Positions 26,001 through 39,088 are shown, counted from the stretch's first letter. The stretch: 64,000 bases of DNA from the human T2T-CHM13v2.0 reference genome, Homo sapiens (GCF_009914755.1 NC_060927.1), one strand, 5' to 3'. A program made the numbers and translations. Notes: a model not told the origin generated them from the sequence alone.

Positions 26001-26679
26001 GCCATAAATTTCTTCACCCAGTTTGACCAGAAAAAGTAATTGCTGCTTCTATCACACTCTTGAGACCGCTCGAATCTCCCTTGCAGGAAACCATCTTTGT
26101 GAGTGGATCCAGAGTTCAGAGATGTGAACTCAGAGTGGCACATAGGAAATCCCTTAAGTCTTTGTCGTCCTCTCCTGACCACACAGTAATTGCCTTTTTC
26201 TACTGCCATTCATTTGGTTTAGCTATGGCTGCTCCTGCAGCTATTTTTCCTTTCTTCTCTTTTTTGTTTGACAGTGTCCTCTCAGTCAAAACGTCTTAGC
26301 CATGCTTTTCTTTGCTAAGCTCCCCAAGGCCATGTCAAATAGAGCACCAGGAACATCTGAAATAAAAACAGCATCCATCACGGTGTTGATGCTGGCTGTA
26401 AATCAGTGCATTGGCCAGGTTTACAAACCATGGCTGATGCTCCTCAGGGGCTGACAATACGCTGGGGTGCAGCATTTCTTACCAAGTGGTGCTCGGTGCA
26501 TTGCTAGCACAGTCCCCACAGCTTTTCTGTAGGCATGCATTTGGCCTGTTGGGATCTCGTCTGGTTTTGACTTACCACCTACATCCTATGTTCTTGCTGT
26601 AGGTTCTTGAACCTCTGTGTCCTCCAGGGATGCTCTTATTCTGCTCTCCCTGTCTCCTACTCTTGTACTCATTTTGCCC

Positions 26680-26980
26680 ATATATATAACTCTTTCTGAT
26701 CCTTCAGGTCCCAGCTCAATGTAATTTCCTCAGCGCCTCCCACATCATGCTAGGCTGCTTTCCCCACCTTCCTCCCATCATGCCCATTTTGTACTTCATC
26801 TAACACTCTTCAAACTTACAATTTCTTGGCCAATGCCTCTTTTCCCTGCTAGGTGGCAAACCTTCATGACAGCTGGGACTGTGTTTCTCACCATCAGTCC
26901 TATATCCTCAGCATCTTTTCCAGAACTTGGTACTGAGAACGTGCTCAGTAAACAGGTTGTCAAATAATGGAATGAAGCAA
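26680..26980 (+). mobile_element. L2 LINE 3' fragment
   Basis: ccttcaggtcccagctcaatgt...gggactgtgtttctca...gtgctcagtaaacaggttgtcaaataatggaatgaa. Confidence 0.7.
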
Positions 26981-26982
26981 GA

Positions 26983-27360
26983 GCAGGGTTTCCAGCTTGT
27001 TTAATCAAAAGCACTTGATGAAGCTTGGTTGAAATACAAATTCTTGGCCTCCTCTACCCTGGAAATTCTGTGGTAGCAAATCTGAGGTAGCATTTCAGAA
27101 ATGTGTGTTTTTAACAAGAGTCACTTGTGATTCTTATGCTCCGTTTATCTCTGAGGACTGTGCTGGAGACCCCTGAGGGGCAGCAGAGAGAGGAGAGGGG
27201 AAGGAGCATTGGCCTGGAAGTCTGAATATCTGCCACTAGCTAACCTGTGTGCTCTGGGCCATGGAACTTCAACTTCCTCAGTCTTTATCTCCTTATCTGT
27301 AAATCCAGAGGTGTGATTGAATAATCTATGAAGTTCTTTCCAGCTCTGATAGTTTCTAAA
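26983..27360. mobile_element. MER5-family fossil followed by a MIR relic
   Basis: cagggtttccagctt...gaaatacaaattcttggcc...ttttaacaagagtcacttgtgattcttatgc; then ctcagtctttatctccttatctgtaaa...ttctttccagctctga. Confidence 0.6.
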
Positions 27361-27574
27361 ACTTGTTGGACCCTTCAGAAAAATATCAGTATATGTCTTC
27401 TCCCTTCCCTACTTTCTTTTCTTACAGGCCCAAGCAATGGGTGTGTAGAGGGAGGTGTGACTGGTAGAAAAGCAGGCAGATAAGAAGGGTCTAGTAGCTT
27501 ACATTATTTACTAAACTGTAGTAGAATCATTGACTTGGGAGGAAAGAGGATGATAATGCCTTACTTACTTTGGC

Positions 27575-28042
27575 CTATTATGGACAAATTTTAAGTTGAT
27601 TCCCATGATCCCTGCTTCTTGGTGTTCATGTCCTTGTATAAGCCCCTCTTCTTGAATGTGGGTAGGACCTGTGACTTTCTTCTAACCAAGAGAATTTGCA
27701 AATATAATGAGATGTCACCCCTAGAATTACATTATGTCTAGTTATCAGACTGGCGCTAGAATCTTTCTTTCTGTTGCTGGTTTTGAAGAAGCAAGATGCA
27801 AAAAATACTATAGCCACAAACAATTCTGTGAATAGGCTGAGGAAGCTTGGAAGTGAACTCTTCCCTGGTCAAGCCCCTGATGAGAACCTGACTCTTCCTG
27901 ATGCCTTGATTACAGCCTTGTGAGACTCTAAGCGGAAAACTCATCTAAGCTACATCTGAATTTCTGACCCAGTGAGACAATAAATATGTGTTGTTTTAAG
28001 CACTAAGTTTGTAATTTGTTATGCAGCATAGAAACTAATAGC
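27575..28042 (+). mobile_element. MLT1E/F-like ERVL-MaLR solo LTR
   Basis: cccatgatccctgcttcttggtgttcatgtccttgtataagcccctc...gtgagacaataaatatgtgttgttttaagcactaagtttgtaatttgttatgcagcatagaaactaata. Confidence 0.8.
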
Positions 28043-28044
28043 AA

Positions 28045-28415
28045 CTGATGCAACAATACTGTACAACAAACTATCTTCAGATTCAGTGACATACAATAAG
28101 CATTTATTCTCATGTTGATGAGTCTGCAGGTGAACTGTGGTGTGACTAATTTAGGCTGGGCTCAGTGAGTTTAACCCCTGGCCGTAGGTTGTGGTCAGGC
28201 CTGCTCCACATATGTTGGTCCTGGGGCCCAGGCTGAAGGTCAGCATGTTCTTCTCATAGTGACTCACTGGCACTCCTGAAACAAGCCAAAATGTACATGT
28301 ACATCAAAGGCCTATGCATGCGTCATATTCACTAACATTTCATTGGCCCAAATCAGTCACATGGCTAAGCCCAACATCAGTGGGAAATGAATATTTTCTG
28401 ATCAATAATCAAAAA
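28045..28415 (-). mobile_element. MLT1J/K/L-like MaLR LTR
   Basis: aacaaactatcttcagattcagtgacatacaataagcatttatt...ctaacatttcattggcccaaatcagtcacatggctaagcccaacatcagtggg. Confidence 0.7.
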
Positions 28416-28439
28416 TATAAAAATCAGTCTAACGACTTA

Positions 28440-29960
28440 GTTTTGTTTAAGGTGCCCTCATGTATACCAGGTCATTCTGTTCTCCTTAAAATCTTATGAA
28501 GGCGGAAGAATTTTTTTTTCATTTTCAAATGAGGAAAGAAGGGCTCCGAGAGGTTAGGTAAGTTTCGCAATATCTAATGGCTGGTTTTTGTCAGAGCTGG
28601 AACAAAAACAAAAGTCTTTTAACTCTGTTCAATGCTCTTCCCATGGCACTAGGATTTCCCAGATGTAGTTGATTTGTGGTAATAGTGAATAATAACACCA
28701 TTTTAAGTGTTTTTAAAAGTCACGTATTTTAAACCATTCTGAACTGCTTCATTTCCTTGAACGCCCTGCTCCCTCATCTTGGGCCTTTGCAGTGGCCGCT
28801 GCTTCTGTCTTTAATGGGTTTCCCTGACCCTTCCCAACCCACAGTGCTCTGCACCCCAACAACCCCTACTTATGTTCAACTTTCAGATTTAGCTTAGACT
28901 TCCACTCTTTCAGGAAGCCTTCCTTGACTTGTGCTGTATTCATCTTCCCACATTGTGCTTGCATTTCTCTCAATTGTAGCAGTAAATCCACTGCTCGTAG
29001 TTCACTGTCTTCCCACTGGACCCTGAGGTCTCTGGAGGCAGGGGCTAAGCTATGCCCCCCGTCACCATGCCACTCAATATCTAGGACTAGTAGGCACATA
29101 CCAAGTGTTTGCTTACTGAATGACCAATTCATGTTTTCTTTTTGTGGCCTCATAAGCCACAAATGCTACTACTTATCTGTGGTGACACCCTACTTTAATG
29201 CTTTTATACCATTGTTTTACTTACCTCGCATAATCCTTTGTTTGGCTTTGTTCCTCCCAGTTATGACATAAAACCTAGATAATTCTTAGGAGCTAATGAG
29301 GCCAACTAGCAATTTTCAAATAACTTGCGAAGTCTCTTGGACAAAGAATAATAGGGTGTTTAGTGCTGGGTGTGGCATGAAAGTTTAACCAAGTCCCATG
29401 ATTTTTTGGGAAGAACCATGGCTTTAGGCCGTGAAAGCCCTTGAAGGTCATATTCAGAAATTTAGACTCTAATCTGAGGGCCGTGGGGATTCATTATCAT
29501 TTTATAAGGAGATCAGTATAATCAAATGAGTGTTCTAGATACATCTAAATGGATGAACATGGGCGAATGAGGTGTATCTGTGAGAAGCTGCTGTCCTGCT
29601 AAGAAATCTTGGCGGCTTAGACCAGAGTAGCAGTGATGGGAAAGGAAGAGATGATCGATTCAGGAGTTAATAAAACACACTTACTAGAGCTTGGTGACTC
29701 TGTGAATATGGCTGTGAAGCCCCTGCTTGCCTGAAGCATCTTGGATTCTATGAAAAAATAAGCTGAGAAGCCCAGTTTAGAAAGCTGTGACCTAAGAACA
29801 GCTCTCATGTATAATGCAAATAGAATGAACTTTGCAGTCAGAGACTAAGCTGTGTCTACTTGGACAAGTTATCTAACCTTTCTGAGTTTCAGAATGCACA
29901 AAGAGGAAATTGAAGCTTCCATCAAAATCAAATGAAATATATATGTAAATATGATCAATG
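28440..29960. mobile_element. Cluster of MIR and L2 relics (MIR - at 28440-28640, L2 + at 28740-29130, L2 - at 29410-29710, MIR + at 29800-29960)
   Basis: cattttcaaatgaggaaagaagggctccgagaggttagg; ttcaggaagccttccttgac...cccactggaccctgaggtctctggaggcagg; actttgcagtcaga...ttggacaagttatctaacctttctgag. Confidence 0.6.
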
Positions 29961-30122
29961 GATGGTAACCACGTTAAACTTTCAGAAATATCCCCCACTC
30001 TGCTCTACACACACACACTCACATTCACTCACTCCCTCAACTCCTTGTTTGTATCTTTTAAAAGTCTACACATTCTTCATGTATCAGCTGCCACCCCTTC
30101 CCTGACTTCAGCTCCCACCTGA

Positions 30123-30435
<313 letters not shown>

Positions 30436-30559
30436 TGCCTGTAGCATTATTATCTGTACCTTGCATGTAGTGTCTTTTTTGTTTTGTCTTCAGGAGCATA
30501 CAGAGTTTATCCTTCTTTTCACATCCGGTATAATTGGTCCAAGTGAGACAACTCTCATG

Positions 30560-31450
30560 CTATATTCCTTTTTATTCCTCTACCTCCTCATGCTCTTTTC
30601 TCCACCCATCTAGGCAGCCATCCCAGTGTGTTTGGTTTTATATCCTTTTGTTCATTCATATGTATTCTTGCAAAATGTCTATTGTTCTGTGAAAATGTGT
30701 TGTTAATTTGCATAAATGAAACTGTATTCTATGCCTCACTCTGTTTCTTTCCTTTTTTTCAGAACTGTATTTTAAAGCTCCATTCATGTTGCCATGGTGT
30801 GTGTCTAATCTGTTGCATTTGACAGGTGCTTACTATTCCATGCTGGGCGTCCCTCACATTTCACCTATTCATTTTTCTAATGGCAGACACCAGGGTGGCT
30901 CTGGTTCCTCCTTTCACAAATGTTGCTGCAATGAACATCCTTAAGCATGTCCCTTTATGGCAATGGTTCTCAGCTGGGGATGATTTTGCACCCCCAGGGA
31001 CAGTTGGCAATGTCAGGAAACATGTTTGGTTGTCACAACTGGAGGAGGACACTCCTGGCATCTAGTTGGTAGAGTCCAGGGGTGCTGTGGACCATCCTGC
31101 CATGCACAGGACAGCCTTTCTACAACAAAGAATTATTTGGTCTAAATGTCAGTAGTGCTGAGGTTGAGAAACTCTGCCTTAAGGCCATGCATGAGGATTT
31201 CTTCGGATAGATTCCCAAGAGTAGGCTTGCTGGGTCACAGTACATGTGTATACTTGATGTGAGTAAGTAATAGCAGACTGCTGTATAGCAAAGCTGCACC
31301 AGCTCATGCTCCCATCACAGTTCACAAGCCTTTGACAGCCCCGCATTCTACTAAGGCTTGGATTACCCAGCTTTTTAATTTTTGCCATGTAATATGTATA
31401 AAATGAGATTCACTGATGTTTTAGTTTACATTTCTCTGATTATTAAAGAG
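30560..31450 (-). mobile_element. L1ME-class fragment split by MER20
   Basis: tcacaaatgttgctgcaatgaacatccttaagcatgtcccttta...[MER20]...ggatagattcccaagagtagg...ttttagtttacatttctctgattatt. Confidence 0.7.
30961..31176. mobile_element. MER20 hAT-Charlie element
   Basis: caatggttctcagctggggatgattttgcacccccagggacagttggcaatgtc...gtcagtagtgctgaggttgagaaactctg; degenerate 8-bp TSD ctttatgg/ccttaagg. Confidence 0.88.
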
Positions 31451-31519
31451 TTGGCTATGGTATGGTAAATTATTGGGAGGCTAAAATAACATACAGATGA
31501 AAAGCCTGAAGTCTGCCAT

Positions 31520-32190
31520 TTTGCCTCATAAAAATTTTGACCAATTATTGGTCTTTTCGAGCATCAGTTTGCTCGTCTATAAAATCTGGAAGAAAAATAG
31601 TAACTTCCTAAGTTATCCCATTAGTATCTCATCATCATAATAAATGAATGAAATAATAAAGCCGCATCTGATACATAGTAAGCACTAAACTAAAATGCTA
31701 TTATGATGATAATATGATACTTTTCATACTAATTTATTTACCTCCCCGTACTTGGCACATAAAAGTGCTTAAAACAGTGTTTTGAATAAAGAACTAATGT
31801 CTGAAGCGAGAAGGGAGGGAGGGAGGGAGAAGGAAAAAGATACTCTATAACTTGGCCCACCTTAGAGTTAATAGTTTATTGCTTCGACAAATGCTGTAAA
31901 TCTCAGGGCAGCCAAATTCAAGGCTGTAAGAGACAACTTCATTCCTCTCTTGATAACAGTCACAAAGACAAAAGAGCTTGCATCTTAAGGGCACTTTCTA
32001 TTTATTAAATGCCTAACAAGTTCTAGGCATTTCACATACAAATGTGTCATTCAGTCCTCATGACTGCCCTACAAGATAGATATTTTTATCCCCGTTTCAC
32101 TGGAAACTTATATAACATGCCTAAGCCACCTCGCTTCATAAGTAGTGACAGATTTGAACTTGGTACTTTCTGACTCCACTTGGCTATGTT
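31520..32190. mobile_element. Two MIR relics (+ at 31520-31720, - at 31990-32190)
   Basis: gcatcagtttgctcgtctataaaat...atacatagtaagcactaaa; tcattcagtcctcatgactgccctacaagatagatatttttatccccgtttcac. Confidence 0.6.
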
Positions 32191-34339
32191 CCTTCTGGCT
32201 CTGAACTCAAGTCTGCTCTCAGAGAACATGTAATTTATATATGCCAGGGATTATACCTCAGAGAACATGGCTGGGGAGTCCAATATCTCAAGTTCTTTCG
32301 TTTGCAAATTTATCAGATGTGTCTATGTGCCGGGGGAAGAACTCCTAGGAAACTTGTACCCTGAAGCTGGTGTGTGAAAACCTATGTGTGCTGTGATGTG
32401 AACTTCTCTAGTGGCTCCACACAAAACACAAAAACAATGTATATATTAGAGGCAGTGTTGTAATTCGGCCTTGGTTTTTGCAGCTATGCAAATGATCTCT
32501 GAGCCTGGTCTTGAATCATCCCAGATTCAATGCAAATGCCATGAGCAGTTCAAAAATAGATATGAATATTGTACATGGTTTGTATTCCCAATCTTCAAGT
32601 TCCCTTCTTCATAATTGGGTTAACAAAACACTTTTGTAATTCTGCTAGTCTGATGAAAATACTGTTTGCCTGATGTCCATAAAAATTGACTTCAAGAAAG
32701 GTTAATTCTGGGTTATAAAAAGACTAAATCTTTTCCTTAACAAGCTTATTTCCTGCCTAACAAATATAATGAGCTAATTAATAAACATGAGCTCAATTTT
32801 GGCCACTCTTCTTGAAGTCAGACAGTCAGTTTTACTTGGAGAGTTACAGTAGGACTAGGAGAGCCTCATTATTGTGTGCTAAGTGGAGTCACCTTCTTTT
32901 GTACCTGGTTCTTTGTAACATTCTTCTTATTTAAAGGCCAGAAGCTCAGGTCTAACACCTGGGAAGTTGAGAACTTGGCAACAATACCAAAAGGAAAAAG
33001 GGATACTTAATTTACTTTCTTGCACTTATCAGTTCCACAAGGAAGGCAGTCCCCAAGATAATGACACATGCACCCTGAAAATGGTGTCTTTGTGCTTCTC
33101 TTTGATGGCTATAAAATGCACTGACATGTTTCACTGCAAATTACTTCTTAAGCCATTAACCATAGCCCAATAAAGAGACATTTTGATAGAATAAAATGAC
33201 AGAGGTTATTTTTGTATAATGAAAAAAAATTTATGAGTTGATGTAAAAATACAGTTTAAGTGACATAACATGTCTGGTTCAACATATAACATCTATAAGG
33301 CAGCCTCCTTCTCAGAACAGACTCAGTATTTTTGAATCTTTTGTGATGTGACCTGTGATGAATTTGGTTTCAGCAAATTTCCATGAACTTGGTTTTAGCA
33401 CACGATTTTTTTTTGAAAGATTCTAGCAATAGGGTTAGTGAAGATATTGAGAATGACATGATAATAGAAACTTTGACCACTTCAGAGCTGACAAGGACAG
33501 TAGGACTTGAAAGTTGGAGCTTTGGGTGAACATTTTAGGGCTTCTTAGTAAGGTTCTCAGCGGTGGATTTGTTTTGGATTGGTCGGGCTGTCTGAGCACC
33601 CAGAGCCAACACTTTGGTAACTGTTCTGCAGAGAACATGGCCACTCTAAGGTGTGCAAAACCCCAGGCAAATATATTTTGCTGGACCCTTGATTATAGAA
33701 ACAATTAGATTTATAATGTATGACAAAATTCATGGGCCCATGTAAGATAAAGTGATTTGTCAATGAAGTTTTAGAATTCTGGATAGAGAGGAAGTACTGG
33801 CTTCTGTATTGGTTTATTGTCCAATTGGTGTTGGTGAAGATCCTGTATCCTGGTACCATCTCCTCTTGTTCATTGCCAGAAATGATCTCTTTGTGTTCTT
33901 TATCGTGAAATGTGCTCTTCCTGGCTAATTTTATCTCTCTCACAACCAGGAGAAGGTAGTGGTGCTGTAATTGTGCATGCTGCTATGACTTCTTGCAATC
34001 TATGTATATTGAAATTACCATCAGCAGAAAGGGTAGAGGAGGGGCCTGAGGGCAGAGGGAAAAGAGGGCAAGGCCATGCCTCATCTGGCATGGAGGCATG
34101 GCATAGATTGGTTGTGCTATGTTGATGGGGTCAAGGAAGGACATGGATAGAAAAGGCTCATTAGCTTTGAAGAGCAATTGTATTGAATGTCCTTGAAGGA
34201 GATGGACACAGGCATACTTGAAGAATTGTATGGCATGTGATGCAGTCTGCAAGGATGGGGATAGAGGATGGTAGAGACTGGGTGGTCACCACCCTTAGCA
34301 GAGGGAGTTATATCGGGTGGTTATACCTGCCACCACCCT

Positions 34340-35035
34340 CATTGTACTGGGGCGTTTAGACTGGAGGTGGCATCTTGGTCCAAACACAGATGGACAAGAG
34401 CTGAAGAACTCTTCTGAAGATGTGGCTCCAGCTCACAGAACTGCAGTGACCCATCATAAGTGATGTGTCCAACATAAATGAGAGACACTCCAAATGTCAG
34501 CATTATCCATGGACCAGCACTCCACTGGCCAGATCCCTCTCTTAGAACTGGAGCTTCCCCAAGACAACCCAAATGCCAGAGCCCTTTGAACCATCTGGGG
34601 ACTCCTTGAGCAGGGACTGGGAATAAATGGCCTGGGATCGCTCTGAAGAGGAGGAATGGGGACTGGGGCCCAGGTGGTCCTGGTTCGAATGCAAAGGATG
34701 GCATTGCTGGTCCTGCTATGTCCCAGGCAGCAGTGGGGAGGGCACTTCTACTGACCAGTATCCATGCAGGACCTGGTCTAGACCTGGGTGCTCCTCCAGG
34801 ACAGCACTCCTCAAAGCATGAAGGAACCCTGAGGTCCAGGTCTAAGTTATTATGGTAGAGGGAGCACATAGCTGCAAGGAGACTGAGCATTGCATCTGTA
34901 AGGGAAACCTCGGAAAGATGGGGGCAAGAATGGGCGGCCTTTCAGCCTGAATCCCCTTATACCCACAGGCTGCCCTGCCAAGCCCCAGCCTGCCTTGATA
35001 CTTGCATTTTTACCCCAGGAACAATGCTTCTACAA
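34340..35035. mobile_element. Possible ancient LTR-like element (unassigned)
   Basis: GC-richer block bounded by tg...ca with internal aataaa; no consensus firmly recognised. Confidence 0.25.
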
Positions 35036-35164
35036 TTGCATGCTCCAGCTCTGCAATATCTGCTTTTGGCTTTTTGCTTCTAGGTGATAAGTTAAAAAAA
35101 TTATTTTTGCTTTCCCATATTCATGCATTCTTATTTTCGTAATTGTACCTCCATTTGCCTTTTA

Positions 35165-35960
35165 TTTTTATTTTATTTTATTTTTTTTATTATACTTTAA
35201 GTTTTAGGGTACATGTGCACATTGTGCAGGTTAGTTACATATGTATACATGTGCCATGCTGGTGCGCTGCACCCACTAACTCGTCATCTAGCATTAGGTA
35301 TATCTCCCAATGCTATCCCTCCCCCCTCCCCCCCACCCCACCACAGTCCTCAGAGTGTGATATTCCCCTTCCTGTGTCCATGTGATCTCATTGTTCAATT
35401 CCCACCTATGAGTGAGAATATGCGGTGTTTGGTTTTTTGTTCTTGTGATAGTTTACTGAGAATGATGATTTCCAATTTCATCCATGTCCCTACAAAGGAC
35501 ATGAACTCATCATTTTTTATGGCTGCATAGTATTCCATGGTGTATATGTGCCACATTTTCTTAATCCAGTCTATCATTATTGGACATTTGGGTTGGTTCC
35601 AAGTCTTTGCTATTGTGAATAATGCCGCAATAAACATACGTGTGCATGTGTCTTTATAGCAGCATGATTTAGAGTTCTTTGGGTATATACCCAGTAATGG
35701 GATGGCTGGGTCAAATGGTATTTCTAGTTCTAGATCCCTGAGGAATCGCCACACTGACTTCCACAATGGTTGAACTAGTTTACAGTCCCACCAACAGTGT
35801 AAAAGTGTTCCTGTTTCTCCACATCCTCTCCAGCACCTGTTGCTTCCTGACTTTTTAATGATTGCCATTCTAACTGATGTGAGATGGTATCTCATTGTGG
35901 TTTTGATTTGCATTTCTCTGATGGCCAGTGATGATGAGCATTTTTTCATGTGTTTTTTGG
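35165..35960 (-). mobile_element. Young 5'-truncated L1PA2/3-like insertion
   Basis: Uninterrupted ORF2 C-terminus (ORF 35395-35949, ...[27 protein letters not shown]...SLIGGN); 3'UTR reads gctagatgacGAGttagtggg in sense (not the L1HS-Ta ACA); perfect 16-bp TSD ctccatttgcctttta at 35149-35164 and 35961-35976. Confidence 0.95.
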
Positions 35961-36019
35961 CTCCATTTGCCTTTTAATAACCAGCTGTCTTCTCAAACTC
36001 TCAGTCCACATTGTTAGAG

Positions 36020-36232
36020 CAGTGTTCAGCAAACTTGTTCTATAAAGGGCTAGATGGTAGTTTCAGCTTTGTAGGTTGTGTGGCTTCTGTTGTAACTGCT
36101 CCACACTGCCATTGTAGGGTGGAAGTAGCCATAGATAATACACAAATGATCAGGTACAGCTGTGTTCCAGTAAAACTGTATTTTCAAAAACAGTCCAGAT
36201 TTGGTACTTTGGTCACAGTTTGCTGACCCCTG
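36020..36232. mobile_element. MER58A hAT-Charlie element
   Basis: cagtgttcagcaaacttgttctataaagggctagat...gctgtgttccagtaaaactgtattttcaaaaacag...cagtttgctgacccctg. Confidence 0.85.
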
Positions 36233-36250
36233 GCTTAGAATCTAGAATCC

Positions 36251-36902
36251 CAATGCAATAACTTTCAAATTTATTGAATATGAGTCATAGGAAATACATA
36301 TTTTACTCAACAACCTAGTATATACACACATAATTGAAATAAACTTTTCATGAAATTCTACGTATTTTTCTACTTTTGATATACTCTGTTCTACTTCTAT
36401 TTCTATCTTTATTCCACTCTATATTAGTCCATTCTCACATTGCTATGAAGAACTACCTGAGAACTGGGTAATTTATGAAGAAAAAAGGTTTAATTGCCTC
36501 AGTTTGTGCAGGTTGGACAGCAAGCATGGCTGGGAAGCCTCAGAAAACTTACTTACAATCATGGTGGAAGGTGAAGGGAAGCACGCACATATTACATGGC
36601 AGGAGCAGGAGGAAGAAACAGTGAAGGGGGAGGTGCTACACACTTTTAAACAATCAGATCTCAGGAGAACTCACTATCATGAGAACAGCAAGGGGGACGT
36701 CTGCCCCTGTGATCCAGTCACCTCCTACCAGGCCCCTCCTCCAAAATTGGGGATTACAATTTGACATGAGATTTGGGTGGGAACACAAATCCAAACCATA
36801 TCATATTCCATTTTCCTCATCTTAATAACATGCTGGTCCTGACTTACTGATTTGATTTTATGACCCACTAAAGGTTGCAACCCACAATTTGAAAGTCAGT
36901 GC
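36251..36902. mobile_element. hAT-Charlie fossil split by an MST LTR
   Basis: Right part tgctggtcctgacttactgatttgattttatgacccactaaaggttgcaacccacaatttgaaagtcagtg resembles a Charlie terminus; left part is 36251-36419. Confidence 0.5.
36420..36803 (-). mobile_element. MSTA-like ERVL-MaLR solo LTR
   Basis: tattagtccattctcacattgctatgaagaactacctgag...cttacaatcatggtggaaggtgaagg...gagatttgggtgggaacacaaatccaaaccatatca. Confidence 0.9.
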
Positions 36903-37124
36903 TGTATTGGAGCTTGGAGCTGACCCCGCTGTATAGGCCAGGAATGGGCACTTGGCAGTCTGCATATTCTATTTCTGTCTACTGTAGGACTCCTCTCGCA
37001 TTTAGTCAGCTAGGTATTCTGAATTTGCTTCCCTAGGAAAGGGAAAATCACTGAACTGCTAAGAGAACCAATTATTGGCTTTTGACATATACTCTAGTTT
37101 AATGTAGATTTTGGAGACAAGACC

Positions 37125-37297
37125 AGACCAGGTATATGTTTTGTAGGGCCCAGGGCAAAATGAAATTGCAAAGGCCCCTGTTAAAAAGTTAAGAATTTCA
37201 AGATGGCAGCAGCAAAATGTTAAACTAAGCACAGGGCCCTTCTAAACTCTAGGTCTTCTGTGACTATACAGGCTGCCCACCCATAAAGGTACCCTTG
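37125..37297. mobile_element. MER45A-like hAT-Tip100 fossil
   Basis: tttgtagggcccagggcaaaatgaaattgc...aagaatttcaagatggcagcagc...aaactaagcacagggcccttctaa. Confidence 0.7.
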
Positions 37298-37738
37298 TTT
37301 GGAGATAATGCAATGAGTTAGATAAAAGCTCTTTTCCAAGCATGGAGGAGTGAGTTGAAGGAGAAGGTGTCAAATGAAAGGGGGAGGAAGAGTCTGGGCG
37401 TGGAGTGTGATGCATGGATCAGGGTTAATTCAAGTCTCTGGATCCCTCCCAGGCTCTTCTTGAGCCATCCCCTAAGTGGAGCCCAGGTCATTGCTCTAAC
37501 ATGTGGTCTCCTCTTGAGTGAACACTATACTTTGCCTGAATGGCTGAGCTGGGCTAGTTGCTTTACCTGTCAGTATCAGGTCCAGTCACAGTTGGCCATC
37601 TAGTGAGAGAGATGCCTGCATGTGCTGGAGGCTTGGCTTTATCACCACTTGTCCGTAACAGCCCCTTCAAAATTCCAGGATGCAGGAGGTGCCCTGGTCA
37701 CCAGGAGGAGTGGCTCCTGTGTTTGGAAGGGTGGGGCT

Positions 37739-38201
37739 TGTGTTAGTCTTCTAGGGCTGTCGTAACAAGGTACCACAGTCTGGGCGGCTTAAATGACAGA
37801 AGTTTATTGTCTCATAGTTCTAGAGCCTAGAAGTCTGAAATCAAGGTGCTGGCAGGTTGGTTTCTTCTGAGGGCTGTGAGGGAGAATCTGTTCCAGACCT
37901 TGTTCCTGGCCTCTGGTGTGTTGCTGGTAATCCTGAGTATTCCTTGGCTTCTGCCTCATCACCCTGATCTCTGCCTTCATCTTCCCATAGTGTTCTCCCT
38001 ATGTGCATGTCTGTGTCCAAATTTCCCTTTTTTATGAGGGTACCAGTGATATTGGATTAGGGACCCATCCTACTCTGGTATGACCTCATGTTAACCAATT
38101 ATACCCATGATTACTTTATTTACAAATAATATCACATTCTGAGGTCCTAGAAGTTAGAACTTCAGCATATTATTTTTGGGGGAACACAATTCCACTCATT
38201 C
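37739..38201 (-). mobile_element. MLT1C-like MaLR solo LTR
   Basis: tgtgttagtcttctagggctgtcgtaacaaggtaccaca...ttctgagggctgtgagggagaatctgttcca...gggggaacacaattc. Confidence 0.85.
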
Positions 38202-38295
38202 AGAGCTGAAAGAAACCAGACGGTCATCTTTCTCCTGAGTAACCACAGTGGTGAAACACCTATGTAACACTTAGAACAGTAACTCCAAGGGGAGC

Positions 38296-38755
38296 TGTGG
38301 CTATTGGTTACCTGCCCAACTGTTATTTGCAATCCCCTCCTCCCTTCCTCACCTCCCATTACAGAGGCTGGGAAAACCAGATATTCTCCAATATCTCAGG
38401 CTCCCTTGTAGTTAGGGGTGGCTGTGTGACCTATTTCTGGCTGAGATTTAAGGGGAAGTCAGTTGGTGGTCTCTGGGAAAGATTTTCTCCCAGGTAAAAA
38501 TCAGAGGCCACTGGGGAGAGAATTTTTTCTGCTCTTGGAATGTTGCTGTATGAGACGGTGATGCTGCTCCAGTTTTTCTGCCACCATGAGAGAAGAAAGG
38601 TCAGCAGAATCACAGAGCCTCACACCCAGCACTGTGACCTCCATGAGTCCCTGGACCAAATCAGGAAAGCTGTTCTCTGCACAGCATGGTATCAGAAATG
38701 TTTAAATGTCTATATTGTTTAAGACATTGTTGGCTAGGTATTGTCAATCACAGCC
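38296..38755 (+). mobile_element. MLT1H/I-like MaLR LTR
   Basis: ggctcccttgtagttaggggtggctgtgtgacctatttctggc...ccaccatgagagaagaaaggtcagcagaatcacagag...tattgtttaagacattgttgg. Confidence 0.65.
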
Positions 38756-39088
38756 AGTGTTCTGCAAAATGTGAACATATGGTTAAATAGATTAGAGAAG
38801 TATTGAATGTTATAATTTCCCTAATAGCATTACGGTACATAAAAGAAAATCAAAGGCTTTAGGAAGTTCTTTTAACCTCGGTGTTTCTCAAATATTTTTA
38901 ACTGTGAAGACTTCTTTTTCTTTCCCTCTCCTCCTTCTTCCCTCCCATCCTCCCTTTCTCTCTCTCTCTGTCTCTCCCCACCCCTTTCTCCTTCTCTCCA
39001 TGTCTTGATATGACATCTATTGATGTAACTGCTGGTTTTTTTTTTCAGTATAGCATCTCTTGATAGAAGTAATTTTGAAAAATGCTGA
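38755..39088. mobile_element. MER103-like hAT fossil containing a pyrimidine-rich low-complexity tract (38910-39000)
   Basis: cagtgttctgcaaaatgtg start; ggtgtttctcaaatattttt; ends ttttgaaaaatgctg. Confidence 0.45.

Noticed and set aside
34280-34294. gggtggt-c-accaccc 7-bp-arm palindrome
   Set aside because: Arms this short are expected by chance in 64 kb and there is no consensus to show it is derived
34339-34890. 183-aa - strand ORF
   Set aside because: No recognisable domain; sits in a GC-richer, probably LTR-derived block where long ORFs arise by chance; no supporting splice or promoter context
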